From: Escherichia coli O127:H6 str. E2348/69
GTDB taxonomy: Bacteria; Pseudomonadota; Gammaproteobacteria; Enterobacterales; Enterobacteriaceae
Strand: one strand, 5' to 3'
Assembly (NCBI RefSeq): GCF_000026545.1
Contig: NC_011601.1
Length of the DNA: 64,000 bases
In this document: positions 28,678-39,270 of the stretch, in pieces
Layout: every line of letters starts with the position of its first letter
Numbering within the stretch: the stretch's first letter is position 1
Translations under genes and position numbers: made by a program
Notes under the pieces: model-generated
Databases searched by the model: none
Seen by the model: only the letters and a program-made list of their open reading frames with translations
What the model was told of the DNA's origin: nothing

Positions 28678-29538
28678 TTAGTACAGTGATGCTTTACCGA
28701 ACGAACCGAACAGTTTCATTTTGTGGCGAATGACTTCCCGCGCCGCGTTAATCGCATCCGGATAGATGACGTTCGGGTCCCACCAGCTCTCTTTAGCGAG
28801 AATTTCACGCACTTTCTGGAAATAGGCGTATTTCATATCGCTGGAGATATTGATTTTGCCGACGCCGAGCGTAACTGATTCAGCAATCTCCGCGTCCGGG
28901 TTTGCCGAACCACCGTGTAGTACCAGCGGAATATCAATACGTCCGGCAATGTCGCGCAAAATGTCCATTTGCAGCTTCGGCTGCATCCCTTTAGGATAGA
29001 TGCCATGCGCTGTACCAATCGCCACAGCCAGTGTGTCAGCACCTGTACGAGCAATAAAATCGGCGGCCTGCGCCGGATCTGTGTAGGTCACTTGTGAAAC
29101 ACCACCTTCTACCGACGTTCCTGTTTGTCCGATGGTTCCCAGTTCACCCTCAACCGACACGCCAACCGCGTGAGCGAGGCGAACCACTTCTGCGGTCAGC
29201 GCCACGTTTTCTTCATACGGCAGCAGCGAACCGTCGATCATTACTGAGGTAAATCCGCAGCGAATCGCACGCAAAACATGCTCTACAGAGGCACCATGAT
29301 CGAGGTGCAGTACAAACGGGACCGGACTACGCTGGGTAATTTCGCGAACGTGAGCGAAAAAGGCATCGCCCACAAAATCATGTTCGCTGGGATGGATGGC
29401 AATAATCGCCGGAGTATTTGTCGCTTCTGCTTCATCCACGACTGCGCGAAGGAAACAGTTATCCGCCACATTAAATGCGCCAATGGCAAAGCCGTGCTGG
29501 CGGGTAGGTTGCAGTAATTCTTTCATCGAAACTAACAT
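28678..29538 (-). CDS. Class II ketose-1,6-bisphosphate aldolase (GatY/KbaY/FbaA family), 286 aa
   Basis: The motifs LHLDHG, GTAHG and LVLHGGS are present. Confidence 0.8.
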   Translation of the reverse strand: MLVSMKELLQPTRQHGFAIGAFNVADNCFLRAVVDEAEATNTPAIIAIHPSEHDFVGDAFFAHVREITQRSPVPFVLHLDHGASVEHVLRAIRCGFTSVMIDGSLLPYEENVALTAEVVRLAHAVGVSVEGELGTIGQTGTSVEGGVSQVTYTDPAQAADFIARTGADTLAVAIGTAHGIYPKGMQPKLQMDILRDIAGRIDIPLVLHGGSANPDAEIAESVTLGVGKINISSDMKYAYFQKVREILAKESWWDPNVIYPDAINAAREVIRHKMKLFGSFGKASLY

Positions 29539-29618
29539 GTTAAATCTCCAGTTTCAGCGTGTAGTCCGCCCTGCCGGTGCGTTATTGCACTGGCATAAAG
29601 GCCATGACAGAAAATGAA

Positions 29619-30470
29619 TCAGGCTTTGCCAATAGCGCCGCTCGCCTGTAAATACGGTGTAATCGCTTCTTCGAAGGCCAGTTCCATAGCTTTCAGCGCG
29701 TCCACCAGTTCAATGGATATATCGTGACAGAGGGTATGCAGGAGCGCGGATTTCCCCCGTTCAAAAATGGCCGCCCCCACGTTGATTTTTGCTACCCCCA
29801 GAGTCGTACAGAGCTGGAGCTGATCGAACGGCGTACCGCTACCGCCATGTAATGCCAGAGGCACGCTCGAGCAGTGGAAAATCTCCGCCAGACGCTGAAA
29901 ATCAATAGCAGGTACAACACCAGGCGCGTACATGCCGTGCGCCGTGCCTACCGAGACGGCCAGTAGATCAATGCCTGTCTGCGCGATAAACGGTTCCACA
30001 TCAGTGGGTTGCGTCATCAGGTCTGCATTGGCGGCCTGGTCGTAACGCGGCGCATCTGCCAGATGGCCCAGTTCGCCTTCCACGCAGAGCTGCGCGCTGG
30101 CGGCGAGTTCCACCACCGCCCTGGTCTGGCGCACGTTTTCCTCCAGGGGAAAAGCAGAAGCATCAATCATTAATCCGCTGAAACCAGCACGAAACGCCTG
30201 ACGAATACAGTCCGGATTTTTGCCATGATCAAGCGCCAGAGTGACCGGTACTGAGGCAGATTCCGCGAGCGTTTTAACCACTGCCGCCGCGACGGGTGCA
30301 GGAAAATGCGCCAGATGCCCCTGATAGAGATTGAGAATGATCGGAGCGCGATTCTTCTCCGCCACGCGGATAGCTGCGTGAGCACTTTCCAGATTCATAC
30401 AGTTGATCGCCAGCAAGGCGTAATGTTCATGCCAGGCTTTCATCACCATACTTTTCATATCGGCAAACAT
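29619..30470 (-). CDS. Second class II ketose-bisphosphate aldolase paralogue, 283 aa
   Basis: The motifs LALDHG, GTAHG and LALHGGSG are present, so the metal ligands appear conserved. Confidence 0.8.
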   Translation of the reverse strand: MFADMKSMVMKAWHEHYALLAINCMNLESAHAAIRVAEKNRAPIILNLYQGHLAHFPAPVAAAVVKTLAESASVPVTLALDHGKNPDCIRQAFRAGFSGLMIDASAFPLEENVRQTRAVVELAASAQLCVEGELGHLADAPRYDQAANADLMTQPTDVEPFIAQTGIDLLAVSVGTAHGMYAPGVVPAIDFQRLAEIFHCSSVPLALHGGSGTPFDQLQLCTTLGVAKINVGAAIFERGKSALLHTLCHDISIELVDALKAMELAFEEAITPYLQASGAIGKA

Positions 30471-30481
30471 AGGGCCTCCGG

Positions 30482-31573
30482 TTATTCGAGGGTGAAAGTG
30501 ATCTCTTCATCTTTCAGCTTTTGATCGCTCAGTTCGTCAAACTCTTCGTCGCGTTCCGTTACCGGTTTCTTCCAGAGTGAAAGCATCACGCCACAAATCA
30601 CCGTGCCTATACCCAGCGCCAGGCAAAACAGCAGAGGATGGGTGAACAGAGGCACAACAAACATGCCGCCATGCGGAACCGGACTCTCCACGCCCCACAC
30701 CATGATTAAGCCGCCCGCGACCGCCGATGCCACCACACAAGATCCCACTACTCGCAGCAGGTCACGCGCGGCGATCGGAATGACTCCTTCAGTGATCATG
30801 CAGATCCCCATCGGAAACGCGGCTTTCAGCGCCTCGCGCTCCGCACGGGTGTATTTATGGCGTGTCAGTAAGAACGAAAGTGTGATGCCAAACGGAGGGA
30901 TGATTGAGCCGACAAATTTCACGGCTTCTGGTCCGTAGACGCCACTGACCAGCAAGCCATCGGAAAACAGCGACATGGTTTTGTTGACCGGACCACCGAA
31001 ATCGAAGGTTGCCATCGCGCCAAGTATGGCCCCCATCAGGAAGCGCGATCCGCCCTGCATCGACTCGAGCAAATGAATCAGTGCTTCTTGTAACCAGGCG
31101 ATGGGTTTACCAATCAGCGTCATCATTAACAGCCCACCGATAATGGTGCTTAATACCGGCAACACCATGATTGGCATGAGTCCTTGCATCGACTGCGGCA
31201 GGCGGATATAGCGTTTAAGTAGCAAAATGGTGTAGCCCACCAGGAAACCACCCAACATACCGCCAATAAATCCGGTATGGATTTGCCCGCAGAGAAAGCC
31301 GACAATCAGGCCTGGGGCAAATCCGGGACGATCGGCAATAGAATAGGCAATTGCCGCGCTAATCAGCGGCACAATCAGCCCCATTCCCCAGCCGCCAATC
31401 TGATTAAGCATCCACGGGATTGTTCCTGTTTTTTCACCAACATCTGTACCGCCAAGAACTTGCCCCAACGCAATACATATCCCGGCGGCCACAATAAGGG
31501 GTATCATCCACGAGATGCCGGTTAATAAATGTTTTTTAATTTCCTGTGAAACCGGAATTTTATTGTCTTTCAT
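30482..31573 (-). CDS. PTS fructose-family EIIC component, 363 aa
   Basis: It is a polytopic membrane protein of typical fructose-like IIC length and composition, next to IIB and IIA genes. Confidence 0.8.
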   Translation of the reverse strand: MKDNKIPVSQEIKKHLLTGISWMIPLIVAAGICIALGQVLGGTDVGEKTGTIPWMLNQIGGWGMGLIVPLISAAIAYSIADRPGFAPGLIVGFLCGQIHTGFIGGMLGGFLVGYTILLLKRYIRLPQSMQGLMPIMVLPVLSTIIGGLLMMTLIGKPIAWLQEALIHLLESMQGGSRFLMGAILGAMATFDFGGPVNKTMSLFSDGLLVSGVYGPEAVKFVGSIIPPFGITLSFLLTRHKYTRAEREALKAAFPMGICMITEGVIPIAARDLLRVVGSCVVASAVAGGLIMVWGVESPVPHGGMFVVPLFTHPLLFCLALGIGTVICGVMLSLWKKPVTERDEEFDELSDQKLKDEEITFTLE

Positions 31574-31597
31574 ATTAAGATCCCTCCAGTATAAGGA

Positions 31598-31912
31598 TCA
31601 TTTGTTTCCCAGTGATTTTTCGACCTTTTCAAGAAATTGAACGGGCGATTTAATGACGATCTCTGTCTTTACTCGCACAATACGTTTATTGGTGAAGCGT
31701 TCTTCTCCTTTTATTTTCACATCTACAGCAAGAATCACGACGTCAGCAGCAGAGATATCTGCCGCCTGTAATTCATTTTCTGTACCAATGGTTCCCTGGG
31801 TTTCAACTTTAATGGTATGACCCAGAGCTTTTGCTCCTTTGATTAACTTTTCACGAGCAATATAGGTATGAGCAATACCCGCCGTACAGGCGGCAACACA
31901 GACAATATTCAT
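31598..31912 (-). CDS. PTS fructose-family EIIB component, 104 aa
   Basis: MNIVCVAACTAGIAHTYIAREKL... contains the active-site Cys motif of fructose-type IIB. Confidence 0.8.
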   Translation of the reverse strand: MNIVCVAACTAGIAHTYIAREKLIKGAKALGHTIKVETQGTIGTENELQAADISAADVVILAVDVKIKGEERFTNKRIVRVKTEIVIKSPVQFLEKVEKSLGNK

Positions 31913-31929
31913 GACATACTCCCTGTTAT

Positions 31930-32400
31930 TTAGCAGACATCGGATTGTGCATACTGACTAAAGAGATCAATGATTTTTTGCGGACTCGTCTCAACTAACA
32001 ATTGTTCTATGATGTCATCATCCGCCAGTGCGCCCGCGACCTGGGAAAGTAAACGGATATGGGTGGTATTTTGATCTTCAAGACGTACCGCAAATAAAAT
32101 AATACAGCGCACGCTACTGCCATCCAGCGTTTCCCAGGGAATATCCTGCCGGGTACGGCCAATTGCCAGCGTAGTATTAATCACAGCTGAAGATTTACCA
32201 TGCGGGATCGCAATATGATTTTCAAAACCAGTCGAGCCTTCCGCTTCGCGCTGCCAGACATCTTTAATAAAGGTTTCCCGACAATCGATCGCACCATCTT
32301 TTTTGAGAAGATTAGTTAATTCTTCAATCGCCTCCTCTTTATTCGTCGCTTGCATATCTAAAATAACGCGATTCGTATTCAGGATTTTTGTTATGTCCAT
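31930..32400 (-). CDS. PTS EIIA (fructose/mannitol-type) component, 156 aa
   Basis: ...GFENHIAIPHGKS... contains the phosphorylatable His motif of the PTS_EIIA_2 family. Confidence 0.8.
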   Translation of the reverse strand: MDITKILNTNRVILDMQATNKEEAIEELTNLLKKDGAIDCRETFIKDVWQREAEGSTGFENHIAIPHGKSSAVINTTLAIGRTRQDIPWETLDGSSVRCIILFAVRLEDQNTTHIRLLSQVAGALADDDIIEQLLVETSPQKIIDLFSQYAQSDVC

Positions 32401-32426
32401 TCGTCATACCTCATAAAATTCTGACA

Positions 32427-33980
32427 TTAAATTTCAACGACCCGAGATGTCGCATGATGTAATTTTTCCGTAATCACCATTTCAGTGACCCGCTTAATAT
32501 CGGCATCATTAAAAAAAGCGGTAACATAAGCGACCGGCATAGTGACTGTAGGCAAATTAATGGTCGAAATAATCAGTTCGATATTGTCAGGCAAAACCTG
32601 TGATAAATTCGCTGCTGAAATAACATCAACAATCGTCCATTCAGGAAATGCTCGCAGAATACGGCTTTTCAGTAGATGCGAAGTTCCGATTCCGGTTGAA
32701 CAGACCAGTAATACGCGTTTACGGGCAATTTGCCGCTCCATCGCAGCCTGAAAATGAACGGTCAGGTAACCTACTTCATCCTCGCTCACTGCATTCTCAC
32801 CCCAGGTTTTAAATACCTGATTCACCACATATTGCGTCAACCGCCAGACATCCGCTAGTTCTGCTTTAATATCTTCCAACAATGGATTACGGATATGAAT
32901 ACGATAATTTAGTCGGTTAATCAGCGGTTTAATATGCACCAATAAGCCATCATATAATGCGCTGTCTTCACTAAAATCGCAGTCCACGATGTCACTGAAT
33001 ACCGTAATTAAACGCCAGGTAATCAGACGCGCTTCATTGCTGGCCTGCATATGTGAAATAATGCTAACATCTTTTTGTCCATCAATCGCCACACCTGATG
33101 AAATGATATATTGATAAATAAACCAGACTTCATCATCGGGCAATGTATGTGCAATTCGTTGTTCTATCTTATGAATCATCTGACTGGCAACATTAAAGAT
33201 ATTTTCATCATATTGCCTGGTTTGATCTTCTTCTCTTGATAACGCATTCCCGTGCGTGTTGCGATACATCATAATAAGGATATGAGTAAAAATGTTAACG
33301 TAATAAGGTTCTCCCAAAGACCAACTTAATTCATTTTCCATATCCAGTAACAATGACTGGACAAATAACACCGCTTCTTCTCCAAAATAATGGACTAATG
33401 CTTTATAGCTTCCGGGATCCAGACGTGAATACACGACACCTTGCGTCTCATTATGGTTAATAATGCCGTTAATCAGTAATGCCATTGCCTGTCGGACTTG
33501 CCCTTCACTACCTTCAATATGCGTACCACTTGGACTGCGGATCAACGATAACCCCAACGGCGCAAGCCAGGACTCAATTACTCTCAGGTCATTAACAATA
33601 GAGGCTCCGCTGATAAAGTAGCGTTCTGACAATTTACTGATCGACGTTTCATTCGGTGTTTCACTTAATAACTGCGACGCTATTTTAACGCGCCTGGCAT
33701 TATTCATTACACCATCAATCTCTTCACATTCTGCCACCAACAAATGATCAAGATGCAGCAAATCAGCAATATTCTCCGCGCTTAACATCACACCCGCGCC
33801 AGCACGCTTCTCAACATTTATTCTCCATTGTCCCAGCCATTGCTCAAGTAAACGTAAATCACGTTGAATGGTTTTTTCCGAAACATTTAAATAGCCGGCA
33901 ATCGTAACAATAGTCGTATATTCCCTTCGAGGTAAAAGGAATCGTAATAATCTGTTTTGTCGCGAGGTAATCATTTGCAT
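32427..33980 (-). CDS. PRD-containing PTS regulatory activator (Mga/MtlR-LicR-like: HTH, PRD, EIIB-like), 517 aa
   Basis: It has an N-terminal HTH (TIVTIAGYLNVSEKTIQRDLRLLE) and a C-terminal KRVLLVCSTGIGTSHLL EIIB-like Cys motif. It is the first gene of the 8-gene leftward operon. Confidence 0.75.
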   Translation of the reverse strand: MQMITSRQNRLLRFLLPRREYTTIVTIAGYLNVSEKTIQRDLRLLEQWLGQWRINVEKRAGAGVMLSAENIADLLHLDHLLVAECEEIDGVMNNARRVKIASQLLSETPNETSISKLSERYFISGASIVNDLRVIESWLAPLGLSLIRSPSGTHIEGSEGQVRQAMALLINGIINHNETQGVVYSRLDPGSYKALVHYFGEEAVLFVQSLLLDMENELSWSLGEPYYVNIFTHILIMMYRNTHGNALSREEDQTRQYDENIFNVASQMIHKIEQRIAHTLPDDEVWFIYQYIISSGVAIDGQKDVSIISHMQASNEARLITWRLITVFSDIVDCDFSEDSALYDGLLVHIKPLINRLNYRIHIRNPLLEDIKAELADVWRLTQYVVNQVFKTWGENAVSEDEVGYLTVHFQAAMERQIARKRVLLVCSTGIGTSHLLKSRILRAFPEWTIVDVISAANLSQVLPDNIELIISTINLPTVTMPVAYVTAFFNDADIKRVTEMVITEKLHHATSRVVEI

Positions 33981-34274
33981 TTTTTACCCTTATCACAGAT
34001 TAAGAAGCCCCATATGGAAGAGCTTCAGTTGCCATCTCTGAGGGTAAATATAAAGCAGAATAATTTCACAACAATACTAAAATCTGTCCGTAATCCGGAC
34101 AGTGATAAAACAAAGCAAGGCGGTTAAGGGATATTTTTCAGCACAGATCACATTTTCGTGATGAATAATCGTGATCATGCTCGCAAATACGATGGAAGAA
34201 ATATTTATTACCAGATGTGAGATTATTTACCGGATACGACACAAAACCATTCGTATCCGGCATTCTTCAATAGA

Positions 34275-36593
34275 TTACAACGTAATTGTCAGCGCATTCC
34301 CTTGAGGAGTCACCACCAGTCCCTGCTCACTTTCAGCCTGCGAACCGCCTTGCAGACCATTTACTTTCACAATATTGCGCAAGCACAGTGTCCAGTTCTT
34401 CGCCTCGCCCGTACCAGTCACAGTAATCGTGTTGCCAGTACGTGCTGCTTTTAAAGTAAAGATCACCGAACCGTCAGCACCGGGCACTTCACAGACGGCT
34501 TCATGCCCGTCTTGCAGATTAAAGAGGTGGAATGCCGTACCTTCGTGCCACGCGTAATCGGGACGTTGATCGTTGTTGCCCAGCGCCAGTAGGGTGCTAT
34601 CACGCACATAAACGGGCAGACTCAGGAAGCTGTGCTGCTGTTTATGCCAGCGACTACCGTCGAGTTCATCGTTGTGCCACAGGTGTGTCCAGCGACCTTC
34701 CGGCAGGTAGAACTGCACATCGCCCGCTTCAGTGAACACAGGCGCAACCATCACGTTGTCGCCTAACATGTATTGACGGTCAAGGTAATCACAAGCCGGA
34801 TCGTCCGGGAACTCCATCATCATGGCCCGCATCATCGGCGTACCCCGCGCGTTTGCACGTGCAGCTTCACGATACAGATACGGCATCATGCGGCATTTCA
34901 GTTGCGTGAAGAAGCGCACCACATCACAGGACTCATCATCGTAGGCCCACGGCACACGATAAGATTTGCTGCCATGTAAACGGCTATGGCTGGAAAGCAA
35001 ACCAAACGCGCACCAGCGTTTGTAAACGTGCGCCGGAGCGGTATTTTCAAAGCCGCCGATATCGTGGCTCCAGAAACCAAAACCTGAAAGGCCAATAGAC
35101 AAACCACCGCGCAGGCTTTCCGCCATTGATTCGTAGTTAGCGTAACAGTCACCACCCCAGTGTACCGGGAATTTCTGCGCACCGACGGAGGCCGAGCGGG
35201 CAAACAAGACGGCTTCTTCCTCACCAACGGTGTCCTTGAGCACGTTCCACACCAGTTCGTTGTAGATGTACGCATAATGGTTATGCATTTTCTGCGGCTC
35301 GGAACCATCAAACCATTGAACATCGGTTGGAATACGTTCGCCAAAGTCGGTCTTAAAGCAATCAACGCCCATCGCGACCAGACCTTTCAGTTTGTCGGCG
35401 TACCATTTGCAGGCATCCGGATTGGTAAAGTCATAAATCGCCAGACCTAGCTGCCATTTATCCCACTGCCATAACGAACCGTCCGGGCGTTTGAGTAAAT
35501 AGCCTTTCTCTTGTAACTCTTTAAAGACAGGGGATTTTTGCCCGATATAGGGGTTAATCCAGACGCAGATTTTTAGCCCTTTCGCTTTCAGGCGGCGGAT
35601 CATCCCTTCCGGGTCCGGGAAAGTCAGCGGGTCCCACTCAAAATCGCACCACTGGAAGGCTTTCATCCAGAAACAGTCAAAGTGGAAAACATGCAGTGGC
35701 AGATTGCGTTCCGCCATACCATCGATAAAGCTGTTTACCGTCGCTTCGTCGTAGTTGGTGGTAAATGAAGTGGTTAGCCACAGGCCGAAGGACCACGCGG
35801 GCGGCAGCGCCGGACGACCAGTAAAACGGGTATAACGATCAAGTACCGCTTTCGGCGTCGGGCCGTCGATAACAAAGTATTCGAGATATTCACTCTCAAC
35901 GCTGAACTGCACTTTGGAGACTTTCTCCGATCCCACTTCAAAAGAGACGCATTGAGGATGATTGACCAGTACCCCATAACCACGGTTAGTCATATAGAAC
36001 GGAATATTTTTATACGCCTGTTCAGTACTTGTGCCGCCGTCCCGGTTCCAGGTCTCTACCGTCTGGCCATTGCGCACCAGGGCAGTAAAGCGCTCTCCCA
36101 GACCGTAAACTGTTTCGCCAACGCCAAGATCCAGCCGCTCAAACATATAATTTCGTTGACTATTCGTGTCCTGCACGTAGCCATTATTTTTCACCTGACT
36201 ACCGGTAATACGTTCGCCGTTGTGCAGAAAATCCAGTGACCAGAACTCACCTTTGCTGACACGCGCGCTTAAGTTGCCACTTTTAAACTCAGCATAACGT
36301 TCTGTGTTTTCGATTGTGACCTTCACATCCTGCAAAATATTGAGCGGATAATGAGGACCGTTATTCAGCGCCCCCTGAAAATGCTCAATCCGTACACCAA
36401 CAATACCTTCCTGTGGGGAGAAAAAGCGCAGCGTAAATAAAGGTGTATCAAGCTGCCAGGTACGTTCACGCACATCACGGGGGGCAGCATAGACCACCAT
36501 TTCATTACCCTGCTGTTCAACCTCGAACACCTGAAGCGGGTGAATCAAATTGAGGCCAGGTTGAATCAACCAGTTTCCGTCGCTAATTTTCAT
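34275..36593 (-). CDS. yicI: Alpha-xylosidase (GH31), 772 aa
   Basis: [38 protein letters not shown]... has the same size and position as K-12 yicI. Confidence 0.95.
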   Translation of the reverse strand: MKISDGNWLIQPGLNLIHPLQVFEVEQQGNEMVVYAAPRDVRERTWQLDTPLFTLRFFSPQEGIVGVRIEHFQGALNNGPHYPLNILQDVKVTIENTERYAEFKSGNLSARVSKGEFWSLDFLHNGERITGSQVKNNGYVQDTNSQRNYMFERLDLGVGETVYGLGERFTALVRNGQTVETWNRDGGTSTEQAYKNIPFYMTNRGYGVLVNHPQCVSFEVGSEKVSKVQFSVESEYLEYFVIDGPTPKAVLDRYTRFTGRPALPPAWSFGLWLTTSFTTNYDEATVNSFIDGMAERNLPLHVFHFDCFWMKAFQWCDFEWDPLTFPDPEGMIRRLKAKGLKICVWINPYIGQKSPVFKELQEKGYLLKRPDGSLWQWDKWQLGLAIYDFTNPDACKWYADKLKGLVAMGVDCFKTDFGERIPTDVQWFDGSEPQKMHNHYAYIYNELVWNVLKDTVGEEEAVLFARSASVGAQKFPVHWGGDCYANYESMAESLRGGLSIGLSGFGFWSHDIGGFENTAPAHVYKRWCAFGLLSSHSRLHGSKSYRVPWAYDDESCDVVRFFTQLKCRMMPYLYREAARANARGTPMMRAMMMEFPDDPACDYLDRQYMLGDNVMVAPVFTEAGDVQFYLPEGRWTHLWHNDELDGSRWHKQQHSFLSLPVYVRDSTLLALGNNDQRPDYAWHEGTAFHLFNLQDGHEAVCEVPGADGSVIFTLKAARTGNTITVTGTGEAKNWTLCLRNIVKVNGLQGGSQAESEQGLVVTPQGNALTITL

Positions 36594-36602
36594 TGCCGTT
36601 CC

Positions 36603-37985
36603 TTAGTTCTGCACTTCTTGAGAGGTGAATTGTTGCTGGCAACGGCGTTTGCCCTGAGCCAGCTGTTCCATAACGGTTTTCAGATTGTGCGTCGTGAGTG
36701 AGTAGTAGCGTTTAGCGATAATCGCGCTCAGCAAGTAACAGATCGCCGGAACAATCGTGAATAGCGCGATAATGATGCTAATTGTGACGCTGTTCTGCGC
36801 TTTTTCTGCCGCATCATATCCGCCATAAGCCAGCATCCAGCCGATAAGGGCACCACCGAAGGCCAACCCCAGTTTGAGCACAAACAGCGTGCCAGCAAAA
36901 CTGATCCCGGTCAGGCGTTTACCATTGCACCACTCGCCGTAGTCGACGGTATCGGACATCATTACCCACTGGATAGGTGTCACCAGTTGATGCAACACAC
37001 CAATCACGAAGATGAAGACAAACATGGTGATGCTGGCCTGCATAGGAACAAAGAACATCGCGAGGCTAATCACTGCCAGCAGGGCGTTCGTCCACCAGAA
37101 GATAGTGACTTTACATTTCCAGTCGGTCAGCGGTTTCGCCAGTGCGGAACCAATCAGGTTACCCACGCAATAAGTGGTGAGAAAAGCGACAAACACTTCC
37201 GGCGTACCCAAAATCCATGTGACGTAATACATCATCGCCCCACCGCGTACGCACACCGCCAGGATATTGAAAATTGTCAGGAAACCGACAATACGCCACT
37301 GGTCGTTTTGCCAGATATCACGTAAATCATCCCGCATAGACGTCGTTGTAGGTGGTGCTTCAACGCGTTCTTTAGTGGTGAAGAAACAGAATGCCAGCAT
37401 CATAAATGCCACCACGGAAAGGACCGCGATACCGCCCTGGAAACCGAGTGGTTTATTATCACCACCAATTAAATTAACCAGTGGCATCATCAGAACAGTA
37501 GAGAGCATGCCTCCCGCGGTCGCCAGCACAAAACGCCAGGATTGCAGCGAGATACGCTGAGTCGGGTCATTGGTGATTACACCACCCAATGCGCAGTAAG
37601 GGATATTGACGATGGTATAAAGTAAGGTAAGTAGGGTATAAGTAATTGCTGCATAAATCATTTTTCCGTTCATACTGAGATCTGGCGTGCTATAGGCCAG
37701 TACACAGACGATCCCGAATGGCAGTGCGCCAAACAGCACCCACGGCCGAAATTTACCCCAGCGAGAGCGCGTTCGATCGGCCAACAACCCCATGCAAGGA
37801 TCGGAAATCGCATCCAGTGCACGAGCGACCAAAAACATGGTTCCGACAAATCCGGCAGGAATGCCAAAAATATCGGTATAAAAGAACATCATATATAACA
37901 TTACGTTATCGAAAATAATGTGGCTGGCGGCGTCTCCCATGCCATAACCAATTTTCTCTTTAACGGACAACACTTCACTCTTCAT
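36603..37985 (-). CDS. yicJ: GPH-family glycoside/cation symporter YicJ, 460 aa
   Basis: MKSEVLSVKEKIGYGMGDAASHIIFDNVMLYMMFFYTDIFG... The start is taken at the internal Met of the track ORF. Confidence 0.9.
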   Translation of the reverse strand: MKSEVLSVKEKIGYGMGDAASHIIFDNVMLYMMFFYTDIFGIPAGFVGTMFLVARALDAISDPCMGLLADRTRSRWGKFRPWVLFGALPFGIVCVLAYSTPDLSMNGKMIYAAITYTLLTLLYTIVNIPYCALGGVITNDPTQRISLQSWRFVLATAGGMLSTVLMMPLVNLIGGDNKPLGFQGGIAVLSVVAFMMLAFCFFTTKERVEAPPTTTSMRDDLRDIWQNDQWRIVGFLTIFNILAVCVRGGAMMYYVTWILGTPEVFVAFLTTYCVGNLIGSALAKPLTDWKCKVTIFWWTNALLAVISLAMFFVPMQASITMFVFIFVIGVLHQLVTPIQWVMMSDTVDYGEWCNGKRLTGISFAGTLFVLKLGLAFGGALIGWMLAYGGYDAAEKAQNSVTISIIIALFTIVPAICYLLSAIIAKRYYSLTTHNLKTVMEQLAQGKRRCQQQFTSQEVQN

Positions 37986-38277
37986 CTGCTTTTCCTTGAT
38001 GCTATAGGGGTGCTGAGACCGATAACGCATTTTGTAAACCATCCCTGCGAGAGCGAATATTCCGATATCTGGTTATTAATTTATGATTCTTGTTTTATGT
38101 GATCGTGGTAGCGTTAATTTCGCTCATATATCATTGTAAAATATGAGTTTTATATGAACTATAATGTTTTCGTGATAATACGCTGCGTGTATTAGGCGGA
38201 AAAAACTGATCTGGGGGATGTAGAAACTCAAGGAAGTAGCTATAATGCGCCCCGCCTCCATGTAGCAATCGAGGCGC

Positions 38278-38372
38278 GGAAGATCGTCGTCTCCGGTGAG
38301 GCGGCTGGACTTCAAATCCAGTTGGGGCCGCCAGCGGTCCCGGGCAGGTTCGACTCCTGTGATCTTCCGCCA
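38278..38372 (+). tRNA. selC: tRNA-Sec (anticodon UCA), 95 nt
   Basis: GGAAGATCGTCGTCTCCGGTGAGGCGGCTGGACTTCAAATCCAGTTGGGGCCGCCAGCGGTCCCGGGCAGGTTCGACTCCTGTGATCTTCCGCCA has a long variable arm, a TCA anticodon and a CCA end. Confidence 0.97.
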
Positions 38373-38668
38373 AAATGCCTCTCCTGAACTCTCCCGACGT
38401 TAACAAAACCCCTTCTAATCCCTTATATATCAGGCTTTCTTTGTGTCCAGAGATCAATCGACTCAACCTGTATCAAGTTGCTTTTGGGGATACTTTAGGG
38501 GGTATTATTTCCTCTTGAAATATTAGCCTCCCATAATAGGAAAAAGGTAATACATAACAATGGTTTTTAACAGCATCTTTGTTATACAAGGGGGCATTGA
38601 GGATATCAGGAAAAATCTCAAAATCGGTGCGGACAGGAAACTACGTGGGCAGCAAAAACGTATGGTAA

Positions 38669-38996
38669 CGCCGGGAAATGCAACGCCCACCAGTCGGGCT
38701 AATCCACCACTCCAATCGTGGTTCGCAGTACTACACACACGATTACCGGGCTATACAGGAGCGGTTTGGTCTGAAAACATCCATGCCGCGTAAAGGTAAC
38801 CGTTACGACAACACCTCAATGAAAAACTTATAGTAAACGCTGAAGAATGAAACTATCGTTTTAATAACCGGGATGAAGCCATCTAAGTAATACGGAAATA
38901 CATTGAGATTTTCTACAACCATCAGCGCCGCCACTCCCGTCTGGGGAATATCTCCCTAGTAGCCTTCAGGAAAAATATAACCAGATAACTGCGTAA
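38669..38996 (+). pseudogene. IS3-family transposase orfB 3' fragment (degraded)
   Basis: The frame reads ...PPVGLIHHSNRGSQYYTHDYRAIQERFGLKTSMPRKGNRYDNTSMKNL* and then, after stops and frameshifts, ...FYNHQRRHSRLGNISP.... This is the HSDRGSQY / GNCYDNA / FYNxxRxH pattern of IS3 OrfB. There is no intact ORF. Confidence 0.75.
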
Positions 38997-39270
38997 AAAA
39001 AGAACAAATGGTGGTGTCCGCTATTGCCAGTATACCTGAGTTTACTGCCTTTCAGATTATCACAATCAATAGCGAACAGACTTTTGAGCTCTGTGCGCTT
39101 TTAACAAAACGTCTCTTTCTCCACTTTCACCGTATAATAATACATTATTTATTACCCCTCCAATAAAAACCGATATTACTAATCACATTTATTACCACGC
39201 AATTTGATATCGGTTTTTATTAGTTGGAAAACAAATAATCAATACCGATTAATCGTTTTAAATTAGTTGG

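Noticed and set aside
38131-38466. 111-aa minus-strand ORF overlapping selC
   Set aside because: It is an artefact that runs straight through the tRNA-Sec gene.
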